64,000 nucleotides of DNA from Octopus vulgaris (Eukaryota). This document shows positions 1 to 12,899 of this stretch, piece by piece. Numbering within the stretch: position 1 is the first letter of the stretch; every line of letters starts with the position of its first letter. The notes under the pieces were generated by a model that was not told where the DNA came from, ran no database searches, and worked only from the letters and a program-made list of their open reading frames with translations. The position numbers and the translations under genes are program-made. Location: positions 1,674,001 to 1,738,000 of the forward strand of contig OX597833.1 in the NCBI GenBank assembly GCA_951406725.2, given 5' to 3'.

Positions 1-181
1 CCCAGTGAGCGATAAATATCCCTTAATGCATACAACAGAAAGATACCAGCTACTGATAGTTTCTGCCTGTGATGACAGACGTGTAGCCAAGTGTTTCAGA
101 TTGCTGAGAGAAAACTTGCCTGGACACGTGTCTTCACTGCATGAAACTAATACTAGCCTGTATCTTTATACCATACTATTT

Positions 182-540
182 TTTTACTCTTTTACTCTTG
201 TTTCAGTCATTTGACTGTGGCCATGCTGCAGCACCGCCTTTAGTCGAGCAAATCGACCCCAGGACTTATTCTTTGTAAGCCTAGTACTTATTCTATCGGT
301 CTATTTTGCCGAACCGCTATGTTACGGGACGTAAACACACCAGCGTCGGTTGTCAAGGGATGTTGGGTGGGTGGGGTTACAAACACAGACACACAAATAC
401 ACACACATATACATATAGATACATATGTACGACGGGCTTCTTTCAGTTTCCGTCTCCCAGATCCACTGACAAGGGTTTGGTCGGCCCGAGGCTATAGTAG
501 AAGATACTCGCTCAAGGTGCCACGCAGTGGGACTGAACCC
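182..540 (-). mobile_element. tRNA-derived SINE, family A (5' part of head missing)
   Basis: Reverse complement aligns with the complete copy at 28701-29122, including the internal microsatellite and the (gtaaaaga)n tail. Confidence 0.85.
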
Positions 541-1142
541 AGATATGTTGATATTTAGATATATATTCTTGCAAAATTTATGCAATATATTTCTTTGTAG
601 AGTAAGTTCTCTGATGCTATAAAAGATTTGATTTTGATGGAGGCAGTAGGCTGTGTAGGTCGAGATGTGTTATGACGTATCCAGATACGAAGACATGGTA
701 TGTGTATGTATGTGTGTGTATGTGTGTGGGTGTGCTCACGTGTGTAGCAGCTCTAAATCTGCTTGCAAATGCATCAATGTTTGTTCCTTGTTGATATTAC
801 ACCAAGTTTGTGTCCCCGTTGGTGCCTTGTCATGCCGCAAAGTTTCTGCATCTTGTTTATTCTCTTCACCATGCATTCAGGGACCCAACTGTTAATTTAC
901 AGAAATATTATATTACACAATTGCTATAAGAATCAATTCACTTCGGATCTAAAGGGAAGAGTCTGGTGGGAGATTTGCTGTATAACATGATTATGACTGG
1001 TAACAAAATTTCATTAATGGCTCGCATCATATATCATTGGTTGTTTGGATGGTTTGGCAGAAGCTCTAAGGGAACACGAGAGACTTATCCCTGCTTTTGG
1101 TATAAAAAAGTAGTCACTTCCAAAATAAAAATGCCCTACTGT

Positions 1143-1535
1143 TGTCGTCGTCGTGGCACTCCGTCGGTTACGACGACGAGGGTTCCAGTTGAACCGATCA
1201 ATGGAATAACCTGTTCGTGAAATTAACGTGCAAGTGGCCGAGCCCTCCACAGACACGCGTACATTTAGCGTGGTTCTCGGGGAGATTCAGCGTGACACAG
1301 AGCATGACAAAGCTGGTCCTTTGAAATACAGGTACGACAGAAACAGGAAGAAAGAGTGAGAGAAATTTGCGGTGAGAGTGTACAGCAGGGTTCGCCATCA
1401 CACCCTGCCAGAGCCTCGGGGTGCTTTAGGTGTTTTCGGACAATAAACACTAAGAACACCCGGTCTGGGAATCGAAACAGCGATCCTAAGACCGCGAGTC
1501 CGCTGCCGTAACTACTGAGCCATTGCGCCTCCACA
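1143..1535 (-). mobile_element. tRNA-derived SINE, family B, full length
   Basis: Head ggaggcgcaatggctcagtagtta..gtttcgattccc has A/B boxes; 9-bp TSD ccctactgt at 1134-1142 and 1536-1544; homologous to 22867-23221 and 50116-50499. Confidence 0.85.
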
Positions 1536-2029
1536 CCCTACTGTACCCCATGCTGAGTGAACAATTGCCCACATTGTTCAGCTTCTAGTATCAAATTTCT
1601 TTGACGATGTTCATTTAAGTGATGAGGAATTGTGGAGTCTTCATGTATGCAAACAAATTTATGGATCGCTCTGAACATTGACCAATTAATCCCGCAGCTG
1701 TCGATTCTGTTGCTACACCCACACCGGCTGCGCAAAGCAAAACAAATTAATAGCTTTATGAAAAAAATGCAGATTCGTTAGCCCAGAGTCAAACACACAC
1801 GTTAAAAGGATCTGATTTAGATCCGTTTACTGAATACAATTACCATCGCACTTGTACAGGGATTTCAAGGTAAATCCCTGTACGAATCTGTTATTTAATC
1901 CAAAACTTCTCTAAAACGTGTCTAGGGATAACTAGTCATGTAGTTTTTCGAGGTCCACAATGCAAGTATAAATCATGTTAATACATCCAAGTTTTTGCGA
2001 AGCGGTATTTCAGTGTTAATATTTTGTCA

Positions 2030-2426
2030 TCTTCGTCTGTCGTTACGTTCTGGGTTCAAATTCCGCCGAGGTCGACTTTGCCTTTCATTCTCTCTGGGTC
2101 GATAAATTAAGTACCAGTTGTGTACTTGGGTCAGTCTAATCGACTGGCCCTCTCTCCCAAAATTTCCGGCCTTATGTCTAGAGTAGAAAAGAATATTTTG
2201 TTATCCTCAAAGCGGTGAGCAGGCAGAAACTTTAGCACGCCGAGCGAAATACTTAGCGCTATTTTGTCTGCCTTTATGTTCTGACTTCAAATTCCGCCGA
2301 GATCGACTTTGCTTTTCATTTTCTCGGCGTCGATAAATTAAGTATCAGTTGCGTACTGGGGTAGATCTAATTAACTGGTCCCCCTCCCCTAAAATTTGCG
2401 GAATATTTTTAGAGTAGAAAAGAATA
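2030..2426 (+). mobile_element. Two tandem copies of SINE family C (Meta-domain-like core)
   Basis: Both carry ttcaaattccgccgagRtcgactttgc..tttcat..gtcgataaattaagta and end in tagagtagaaaagaat; the flank aatattttgtYRtc recurs three times. Confidence 0.75.
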
Positions 2427-2984
2427 TTTTGTCGTCCACTAACTCTTGCTTCAGGCAAGACGCTGCAGAGGGCGTGACTGAGGTCGCTTCCCCGGTGATA
2501 TCTATCACAAAAACCAATGCTAAAGCCCCCCCCCCCCACACACACACACAGCACACCACCACATAGTTATCGTGCATTGCTCAGAAACGAAAATAAACAC
2601 ATAACTGATGTTTTATAAAGTTCAAATAAAGCTAAAATTCAAATTAAAATCAACATCACTTCATTCTGATGATAAGGCTGTGAACATTTAGTTAAATAGG
2701 AAATAAATTTAGAAACCTTAGTGTTGTAAGCAGACAACAAAGTATACAGAGAATATGTGAAAAGTCTTCGATAAAAATATAAAACTAGATCACGATTTGT
2801 GTATTTGCGAGATCTTTAAAACTAATGACATACAAAGGGTTATTTACACAGAGTAATGAAACGGTAAGTTTCGATGAAGCCTCGTAAGTCAAAGAGTAAG
2901 CAACGAGTTTGTGATGTTAATAAAATACAAATTTTATTATTTACTAGAGGAATGATATACCATCGCTTAGTTGTGATAGCTAGT

Positions 2985-3355
2985 TTGCTTTCCAAACGCA
3001 TGGTTGCAAGTTCATTCGCACTATGTGACACCTTGTTCCTTCTCTGATGGTCCTGGGGTGACCAAAGCCTTATGAGCGGGTTTGGTAAACTGAAAGCTAA
3101 TCGTATGTATCTATACGTATATGTCTGTGTATATGAGTACACGCATGCGTGTAGGTAGCTTTGTGATTGTCCTCTTTTACCCCCGCTTGAAAACAGGAGC
3201 TAGCTTGCTTAGGTCCCCTTAACTTAGCGGTACTGATAGAATAAGTACCTGGCTTCAAATATAGACACTGGAGTCGATCTGTTGGAATAAACAAGTCAAG
3301 GTGATACCCCAGCATGGCTGCTCTCCAATGATTGAAGCAAGTATAAGAAAAATAT
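2985..3355 (+). mobile_element. Degenerate SINE family A
   Basis: Diverged matches to the head (gaccaaagccttatgagcgggtttggtaaactgaaag) and the tail (cccagcatggctgc..aatgattgaagcaagt). Confidence 0.6.
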
Positions 3356-3988
3356 AAAAAATAAACCAACCATTGAATCCACATAACTTGCTACATAAAT
3401 ATGCCATCGTTTAAAATAAATGGCTTTTAGAAATAAATATTAATTAAAAGTTTGCGAACGGGGACGCTAAATAAATAGAAATATAAACGAAATAATTTCT
3501 AATGAAATTTACGAATTTAATAGTTGAAGCCATAACGATAGCAAATACCGGAGGCGGAGAAATGAGAATTTGTTCATTAAAATTGAAAAGTTACACAGTG
3601 GCCCTGTGAATGAACAAATATTGACAAATATCAACTGTTCTGTGAATACTAAAGAAGTTGTGAATAGGCTGAGATAAAATACCCAAGCGAATTTGAGTTT
3701 GTAATAATCCAATAAATTAACAGTAATACAGTTAATTATTACGAGTTAATGAGTGAAGCAGATAAGCGTAAATACGTGAAATTGCATTAAATTTAAAATT
3801 CCTGTCTTTTTTGGAGTTGTTTTATCTGTCGTTATATATTTTCTTTTTCTTTGCGGAAATGGAAGTCTGAAATTTAGTGTTGTGTATTTTAGAAAGGACG
3901 AAGTTTTGAAAAGGAAATAACTGACAGTATTACATTTTAGGGAAAGCAGGGTAAGTGACGAGAGGGCATAGAAGTATGCGTTGGCGTG

Positions 3989-3989
3989 G

Positions 3990-4076
<87 letters not shown>

Positions 4077-4168
4077 ATCCATCCATCCATCCATCCATCC
4101 ATCCATCCATCCATCCATATATCTATCTATCTATCCATCCATCCATCCATCCATCCATCCATCCATCC

Positions 4169-4223
<55 letters not shown>

Positions 4224-4232
4224 CATCTATCC

Positions 4233-4302
<70 letters not shown>
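3989..4302. repeat. (ATCT)n/(ATCC)n compound microsatellite
   Basis: Directly visible tetranucleotide array. Confidence 0.95.
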
Positions 4303-4303
<1 letters not shown>

Positions 4304-4425
4304 GTCTGTGTTTGTCCCCTAGCATTGCTTGACAACCGATGCTGGTGTGTTTATGTCCCCGTCACTTAGAGGTTCGGCAAAAGAGTCAGATAGAATAAGT
4401 ACTGGGCTTATGTCTGACTGATTAT

Positions 4426-4491
<66 letters not shown>

Positions 4492-4786
4492 AGGCGCGAG
4501 AGTGGCTGTGTGGTAAAGCAGCTTGCTTACCAATCAAATAGTTCCGAGTTCATTCCCACTGCGTGGCACTTTGGCCAGGTTTCTTCCACTGTAGCCTCGG
4601 ACCGACCAAAGCCTTATATTTTCAATATATCGCTTGACGACCGATGCTGGTGTGCTTACAACCCCATAGCATAGCGGTTCGGCAAAAGATATCGATAGAA
4701 TAAGTAGCAGGATTACAAAGAATAACTCCTGGGGTCGATTTGCTCGACTAAAGGCGGAGTCAAATGACTGAAACAAGTAAAAGAGT
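4303..4786 (+). mobile_element. Rearranged SINE family A pieces (3' body, head, 3' body plus tail) around a (TA)n
   Basis: 4303-4410 and 4632-4786 match the 3' half, and 4491-4615 the head, of 28701-29122. Confidence 0.75.
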
Positions 4787-4908
4787 ATACCTGCTAAACT
4801 GGCGCAGTGTAAATATGGTGTATATATATATATGTATGTATATACATTTTTATACATCATTCTATCTCTCTCTCTCACTTTCCTTCCTCTCGGGCACACA
4901 TACACACA

Positions 4909-4952
<44 letters not shown>

Positions 4953-4968
4953 GCACACATCTATGCAT

Positions 4969-5004
<36 letters not shown>

Positions 5005-5104
5005 ATATATATATATATATTTTTTGATTTTGATTTTTGATTTTGATTTTCCAGTTTCAGCTAATGAGCTGTGGCCATGCTGGGGCACCGCCATTTATAT
5101 ATAT

Positions 5105-5361
5105 ATATTAATCAATATCAGGGTAGCAAAAAATTCAAGAGAAATTTTTCGCCACCAGCGGTCCAGTGAGAAAGAAAAAAATAGTCATCAGACTATATAA
5201 TATACATTCAACAATATTAAGGAATGGCGTTGATAGGCTATTCGACCCACTAGAAGGAGCAGCTAAACTCAAACCGCTAAATAGTTGTAATTCAGAAACC
5301 AAAGGAAAATAAAAACAGTGGGTTGAATGGCCTATCAAGGCCATTCCTTAATATTGTTGAA
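5105..5361 (-). mobile_element. Probable PLE 3'-end remnant with short fold-back and degenerate hammerhead core
   Basis: Inverted arms 5207-5251 and 5317-5361; minus strand reads CTGATGA..ggtggcGAAAaattTC at 5141-5191; flanked by (TA)n. Confidence 0.45.
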
Positions 5362-5454
5362 AGTATATATATATACATACATACATACCTACATACATCA
5401 TTCTCTCTCTCTCTCTCTCTTTCCTTCTTCCTCTCGGGCACACATACACACACA

Positions 5455-5500
<46 letters not shown>

Positions 5501-5603
5501 AAATATATATATATATATATATGTACGCACACATTTATGCATTTATCTATCTATATATATACACACATATATACATACATACATACATACATACATACAT
5601 ACA

Positions 5604-5635
<32 letters not shown>

Positions 5636-5996
5636 CATATGCAAAAAATATTGCTGCTATATACTGAACAGTAGCAAATACACGAGGAAAATATAATTCT
5701 GTTCTCTCCTATGAAAGAGCATTAATTAGAAAATAAAGTTGTGCCGGGGGAAACTACTGCAGAAACGCCGCATTACTATCAACTTACAAAAAACTGAAAA
5801 AGTTACTACACAATACCAATGTACAAGTATATGCAATAAAGTGTGAAAGGACTAGCATGACCCCCACATTACATTTATAATGGTTTCTGGGCGTAATTAA
5901 AACTTGCCACTCAACGATTTCGTTCATTGTCTCTTCATTTCATTGTCAATATATCAGTCAATGCCCTCTCAAACACACACACATACACACACGCAC

Positions 5997-6104
<108 letters not shown>

Positions 6105-6106
6105 AG

Positions 6107-6162
<56 letters not shown>

Positions 6163-6204
6163 TAGATGGATAGATAGATAGATGGAGAGATAGATAGATA
6201 GATG

Positions 6205-6244
<40 letters not shown>

Positions 6245-6536
6245 TACAAACATGTATGTAGGCGTGTCCCTATTAGAGCGTATACGTACGTACGTACCTA
6301 CCTACTTCTCTCTTTCTCTCTCTCTCTCTCTGTATATATAGATACAAACATATACAAAAACTCACACTCACACACACACGCACGTACACACATATATATT
6401 TACACACATTCACTCACAGACACTTACACGCATATATATGTATGTACATATTCGTTAGAATTTTCTAATTTTCAATTAATGTTTCCATGCGTTACACCTG
6501 CTAGCGAAACAAGGAGTATTTGTTAAATCATATATC

Positions 6537-6609
<73 letters not shown>

Positions 6610-7171
6610 ATATATGTAAGTATCTATTGATGTATCAGTGTAGGTATACATGTGTACATATACCACAGAGTGTGTATTTGGAGTAAGTGAATAAAATTTA
6701 ACATACGATTCGAGTCTCCAGCGGACGTGTGCTTTCAACGGTTTGTCTGCGCTAAGCACTACATCAAAGCGACAACGCAAACTTCAACACCTATTTAATG
6801 TATTATATTGTTTCTACATAAAATGGGAAAAAAATTCTAACGACTGTTTGTAATGTGAAAAGCTAAGCTGCACTCGTACAAAAACTTTCACCCACCACGT
6901 CCCTTCACAAATCTCAAACAAACCCATTTCAGCAAGAAGAATAAAATCACTAGAACTGGTAGTACACCTACTAACGCAATTCCGGCGGCAAAGACATAGA
7001 GGAGAAGGAAGGAATGCTAAGCCACACTATAGAAATAATGAGTTTCTCTTCCTCAGCTGCCTAATCAGTTATCTTTATCGTTTCGACACTAGAGCACTAC
7101 ACATCTATACACACACACACACACAAACATATATATAAATATTTATATGTACGTGCATGTGTGTGTATATA

Positions 7172-7372
7172 TAGTTAATCCAAACAAGAAAGCACAAAAA
7201 CAAAAACAATAACGTGAGGACGTGGAACAAAAATAGTTTTATTGGACGCTCAGGAAAGAAGGAGAGTTTAACGTTTCGAGCGGGGCTCTTCGTCGGAAAC
7301 ATAGGAGAAGGAAAGATCCAGAGAAGAGAAGACAGAGGGGAAAAAATCGCGAACGGTACACACGCGGTCACA
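7172..7372 (-). mobile_element. Short PLE-type terminal fragment with minimal hammerhead
   Basis: Homologous to 55757-55958 and 55030-55228; 3' end abuts a TA-rich microsatellite; contains the HHR motif at 7266-7300. Confidence 0.6.
7266..7300 (-). ncRNA. Minimal type I hammerhead ribozyme motif (C4 variant)
   Basis: gttt-CCGACGA-a-gagc ccc gctc-GAAA-cg-TT-aaac: stem I gttt/aaac, stem II gagc/gctc, palindromic stem III. Confidence 0.6.
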
Positions 7373-7512
7373 TTTTGTATGTGTATATATATGCATCTAT
7401 GCATGTATATATGTATATGCAGTTATTATTTGAATAACAAAGCTATTTCTTTTAGAAACGGATGGACACACACACACACGTACGCACACGCACACACACA
7501 CGCACGCACACA

Positions 7513-7553
<41 letters not shown>

Positions 7554-7574
7554 ACGTCTAGGTATACGTATTTA

Positions 7575-7801
7575 CGAGGAGGCGTGTAAAAGTTTCTGGC
7601 TATGAGTAAAAGCAGATACAGAAAATCAGTTAATCTTTTTATTGAACATAACCCCCCAACCTTACCTTCGCATTCGTACACTTGTAGCAGTGACTGTTCA
7701 TATTTTTCTAAGCCCTGTAAAAGGATTCGGAAGGATGAGATTCTCACCAGGCTTTTCCCGATACCCTTAAAGCCAGGAATTTTTCAGCTCCCCCCACCTC
7801 G
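7575..7801. mobile_element. Non-autonomous Tc1/mariner-type MITE (~230 bp)
   Basis: TA-flanked imperfect TIRs cgagg..aaaagtttctggct / agccaggaatttttcagc..cctcg; second copy in opposite orientation at 46626-47222. Confidence 0.7.
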
Positions 7802-8687
7802 TATGGGTATGGAAATTTAATTGTACTTAACATGCAACCGAGCTGTATATGACTTGCTGGTATATACACAGCTTTCGTTAGCTCCCGTGTGCCTGGGCAA
7901 TCGCTAACAGACACAGGTACGCCACGTTGCTTATTCTCAATTCTTACATAAACAAATACACCTGCATGTTTGCAAATATATATGTGCCTCTGTGTGTTGC
8001 ATAAGCGTGTGGGTGTGTGTGAGAGAGAGTGTGTGTGTGTGTGTATGCGTAATTGTCTGTCTGTCTGTCTCTCTCAGTATTTATGTATCTTAATTGAACG
8101 CCACGAATGTCCAAATCAGTTTCGCTCCTGGGCGGAGCGTGTAAGAGCATTAATTAAAACTTTCAAATTCTTCCTATATACATGCATAACGTGAACAATG
8201 ACGAACGAAAGAAATGCAGAAACGAACAGTAAAGTAATAGAAGCGAAGAAAATCACAGAATTAATCAATTTTATTCTTAGTTTCATTCCTTCTTTCTCTC
8301 TTTCTCTATTTGTTTTTCATTTTCGAATAAGTTTACGTTTGAATTGATGCCGATATATGCCTTGGATGGTTTATCGATTTTTATAGTGCACTGGCATACA
8401 ATAACCTTTAACTATGATTTGGAATCGAAGATGCAGATGATGGGTTCATACAAGTGCAGTTTATTATGTCTTTATACGAATGCACCTTCTCCACTTCAGT
8501 GTCTACCTGCCTCACGTTTGTTTCAGTGAATAAACACCATTCAAATTAAATATATAGAAAATAAGAGAATGGGTACCCGATTGCTTCCTCTATATACGAG
8601 ATTTCCTCTCTTTCATTACACTTACACATGCACGCACTCATGTACATGTGTGTGTGTGTGTGCGTGTGTGTGTGTGTGTGTATACAT

Positions 8688-9083
8688 ACTCTTTTACTTG
8701 TGTCAATCAATTGACTGTGGCCACGCTGCAGCACCGCCTTTAGTCGAGCAGATCGACCCCAGGACTTTTTCTTTGTAAGCCTAGTACTTATTCTATCGGT
8801 CTCTTTTGCCGAACCGCTAACTTACGTGGACGTAAACACACCACCATCGGTTGTCAAGCGATGTTGAGGGGACAAACACAGACACACGAACATATATATA
8901 TATATACATACATATATACGACGGGCTTCTTTCAGTTTCCGTCTACCAAATCCACTCACAAAGCTTTGGTCGCCCCGAGGCTATAGTAGAAGACAGTTGC
9001 CGAAGGTGCCACGCAGTGGGTCTGAACCCAGAACCATGTGGTTCGTAAGCAAGCTACTTACCACACAGCCACTCCTACGCCTA
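8688..9083 (-). mobile_element. SINE family A, full length
   Basis: Reverse complement of the complete head (taggcgtaggagtggctgtgtggtaag) through to the tail. Confidence 0.9.
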
Positions 9084-9396
9084 CATGTATATGCATATAA
9101 AGTTGAATTTCCATGTACTAATGAAATCTGTTCCGGAGACTGTTCGATAGCCGTTCATTCCACGAATAATGGGAATACATACAAATAAGGGTAATTTGTT
9201 CCAAACCAGACACAAAATCCGTAGTAGTTATGTAATCGATATCAATAGGAAATACATGGTTATGCTTTGACCACGTTCCTCAACTCTGAGCTCGTTGGTT
9301 GAGTACAACGTGTCTTCAGAAAAGAACACTACGCAACAAGCAGACAAGGAAACAAACACACACACTGACACACACATACACACATATTTATTTATG

Positions 9397-9439
<43 letters not shown>

Positions 9440-9574
9440 ACTACTTTCCACTTCAATTTGCACAATAATTAGCTGGTCATTATATTCACTGCTGTATTAT
9501 TCCGATAGACAGGGCACCTTTGAAATACAGGTAGAACAGAAACAGGATAGTATATAGTGATATAAAATGATAAG

Positions 9575-9720
9575 ATTAGGGAGTATCACCAAATCCCCTA
9601 GCCGGAAAAATTAGATTTAGGATTAAATCTAATTTTATAGTATAAATATATATTATATTAAATTAGAGATAAAACCACTACTAAGCAAATCAAACAGTGA
9701 AAATCAAAAGCCAATACATA
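9575..9720 (-). mobile_element. AT-rich retroelement terminal fragment (family also at 13950-14070, 17097-17290, 17420-17600, 18820-18985, 36903-37000, 50824-50905)
   Basis: Shared motifs aaatccaaatttacagggaaaaatcagatttaggatt and attagagaYaaaaccactatt..gcaaatcaaaca, usually starting at a (TA)n. Confidence 0.55.
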
Positions 9721-10289
9721 GAAATGACACACACTACACACATATTTATATATGTATGTGTGTGTATATATGCGTGTGTATATGTGTCTTTGTGTGTATG
9801 TGTGTTGTGTGTACTACTTTCCACTTCAATTTGCCCAATAATTATCCGGTCAATATATTCACTGTTGTATTATTCCGATCAAATACGCACGTGTTTGAGA
9901 TATAATATATATATATATATTTACGTATAAATCTACATATACATTCGTAGTTGTATGGATATGTACCTGTATTTTTATTTATGTACGTTCGGTATACCCT
10001 ACTGATGAAGGTAGAGTATTTATTACAAGACCAGAAATTGATTGTTTTAGGGTGAACCATATTATATTTACTAAATCTCTTTTTATCAATTTTTCACGCT
10101 TTCAACATGTTTTAACAGAGTGCAACCTGAAGTGCTTTAGATTCATTTGACGTCTAGCTTTAGCATATAGGCGTTGCTTCTTCGGTGTCCTTAATTATAA
10201 TTATATATTTATATATTGATTTTACCTATATGGTTTTTCATTATACACTGGCCACTGATAACATCATTAATATTTAATGATGTTAACAT

Positions 10290-11150
10290 TATGGTTTATA
10301 ACATCATCACAGGCTTTAAGGTCAATAAGAAAAATAAACAACGGAAAAACTGCAAAACCTCAGATAACGTAAAAGAGGGTGTCAATAAAACTGACATGAA
10401 TCATCAAAAGAGATCGAACAACAAAAATTGCCGAAACGGCACTTTTTTCTAACGGTGTCAAATGAAATTGTCACCCATAATTATGACCCTAGTATCGATC
10501 TATTGCATTTCAATTTCTTTTAGGGTTAGGGTTAGTTAGGGTTAGGGGTTGGGGAAGGGTATCTTTATTTTCTTCACAAATGTAAATAAACCCAATCTGT
10601 TTCTTAAACGAGGGACATATTCATACGGCACAGAATACTTTTTAACTCAATAGACGCCAGTGATTGGTTGAAATTGCAGAAATTAAAGACCAAATATCTT
10701 ACAAACTATAGAATTTTCTCAATAAAGCCAAGAGAAAAAGATGTTTTATAAACACATTCTACCAGTATACGAAGTTTAACATTTTTTAGTTACCTAGAAA
10801 TTATGTTAAAAACTGCCGTTCAAACCGAAAAGATCCAATAATAGTAGTACAAATAACTGCACATGCCGTAGAAAATCCGCCTATCCGCTCAGGAACCAAT
10901 GTGTCCGAAAAAATATAGTGTACAGATGTACAATCTACACATCATAACATAAATATGCATACATAGGTGCCACGGAAAACCAATTCGAAGTCCGTTATCG
11001 TAACCACATCTCGTCATTCCAAAAAAAAAAAAATTATAATATATAAATAAACACACGACAGGCAACTTTACTGGCAGACTTCATATGGGGACTGTAAGAA
11101 TCAAAAATCAAATACGAAATGAAATGGTCAATAATAAAAATGTACACCCA
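10290..11150 (+). pseudogene. Decayed GIY-YIG endonuclease region of a Penelope-like element (Nematis-like), interrupted by a MITE
   Basis: From 10858: CTCRRKSAYPLRNQCVRKNIVYRCTIYTS*HKYAYIGATENQFEVRYRNHISSF, then after a frameshift ATLLADFIWGL*ESKIKYEMKWSII. This fits the CxC..CPL..C..VY..YIG.T..F..RY..H..SF pattern. Confidence 0.75.
10435..10836. mobile_element. Non-autonomous DNA element with internal TTAGGG-like repeats
   Basis: Inverted ends aacggcacttttt / aaaaactgccgtt(caaaccgaaaagatcc), left end truncated; ttagggttagggttagttagggttagggg at about 10520-10549. Confidence 0.6.
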
Positions 11151-11952
11151 TGTAATTCGAGTAGCTGTTGTTGAAGTTGAGAGAGTTTGTAACATTGTTA
11201 GGTGGCAAGTATATTCTGTTTCAAGAGATTTCATAATTTTAGGTGAAGTGAATAAAACCAAACTTTTGGGCGTTCGAACGATTGTCATCACGATTTCCAT
11301 GAAACCCCTTTCGGTTTAGCGGGAATAAATCATATAAATACACTTAAAAATATGTGCTTAGTCTTAATTTTAATAACAATAGCTTTTCACCAATTTTAAT
11401 TCCTGGCTTTCTCAACCAATTTTAATTGTTTTCTCTGAATTTTCTCTACATGTGAATTTGCATAATATAATGTCTTCAGGTGTATAAGCCGTTAAATATT
11501 CCGGTGAGAAAATATTTTCCATAGTTTTCTTTTTTTTTTGTTTTCAAATAACCTATTACTTGAATTTTAAAACTACCGTTTTTATTATACATTTGTTTAT
11601 TATTACCTAAACGCCTCTCACTCGAACATTGAAAGGCCAAGAAACACTTAAGTAATCCTTACTGGATACCACAAAACAAAACAAAAAAAAAGGTATTATG
11701 AGCTTATTTCCTTCAGAGAGAATTGTAGCAGTAGCGATAACAAAGATCTTCCATTCTTTGTTCTTCTAAACAGAAGCACGGAGTTGTTCTTTAACACGAG
11801 AATTTTTTTTATCTAAGACATAACAAGAATAGTAGAAGCGAAATTTTGGTTTGGCATCTAAAACGTTAATTATACGAGAGGTAAAAGAACTTACAAACAG
11901 CTCAAATTACATACATATATACACACGCATGTACACACTGACACACACAGAG

Positions 11953-12004
<52 letters not shown>

Positions 12005-12445
12005 CTAGTGCCGACAAAACTCTAAAACTATTTTGTGTTGTATCACTTAAATTCTTTAAAATCTGTCTGTGTTTACTTGTAGATATTTTATGGTGTCAAA
12101 CTCAATTACTTCCACTGAGGATAGAAAATATTGCTCAACATTTTTTCAGTAAATCTTCCTCAGGAAAACACCTATGCCAAAAAAACCCCAAAAAAACAGC
12201 AACAACAACAAGAACAACGAACCGTTAGGAAAACTTCTTATATAACAACCTTCGCACCCAGATATTATAAAGAGTTGGAATCAGTCACATATACTAATTC
12301 CTGTAGTTGATTTTTAGTATTTTTGTCTACTGCAGGGAATCGAACTGTATTTTTATAGCTTTTTAACAAGACATTTAACGAAACAGTCACATGGTATTTT
12401 GTTCAACATACGGTCGATGATCGATGTCCAGCAAAGGATAAAGTC

Positions 12446-12477
<32 letters not shown>

Positions 12478-12528
12478 TAATAACAATAATGATGATGATG
12501 ATTATGATGAATAATGATGTTGACGATG

Positions 12529-12565
<37 letters not shown>

Positions 12566-12668
12566 TAATAATAATGATGATAATGATAATAATAATAATG
12601 ATAATAATAATAATAATAATGATAATAATAATAATAATATTAATTATAATAATATAATAATAACAATA
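12446..12668. repeat. (AAT)n/(GAT)n trinucleotide array
   Basis: Directly visible. Confidence 0.95.
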
Positions 12669-12899
12669 GTCAGAGACTAAGGTGAACAATCATGGGGCAT
12701 TAAAGTTATGAATTCGAATGTGAAAAAATATATATAACTGAAAAAATATTCTACAGCTGTACTTACAGGTTCAATCTACCGCCCAGTTCTTGTGCTGTTT
12801 TAAACAGTCGAAGTGCTTCGTCACTTGCAAAGTAGGAGTATTGAATTAAAATAGAAAACCCAACATTTGTAAGAGGGGTGGAAGGATAGTTGGAATCAG

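Noticed and set aside
10520-10549. TTAGGG repeats as a telomere or fusion scar
   Set aside because: Only about four imperfect units, internal to a non-autonomous DNA element.
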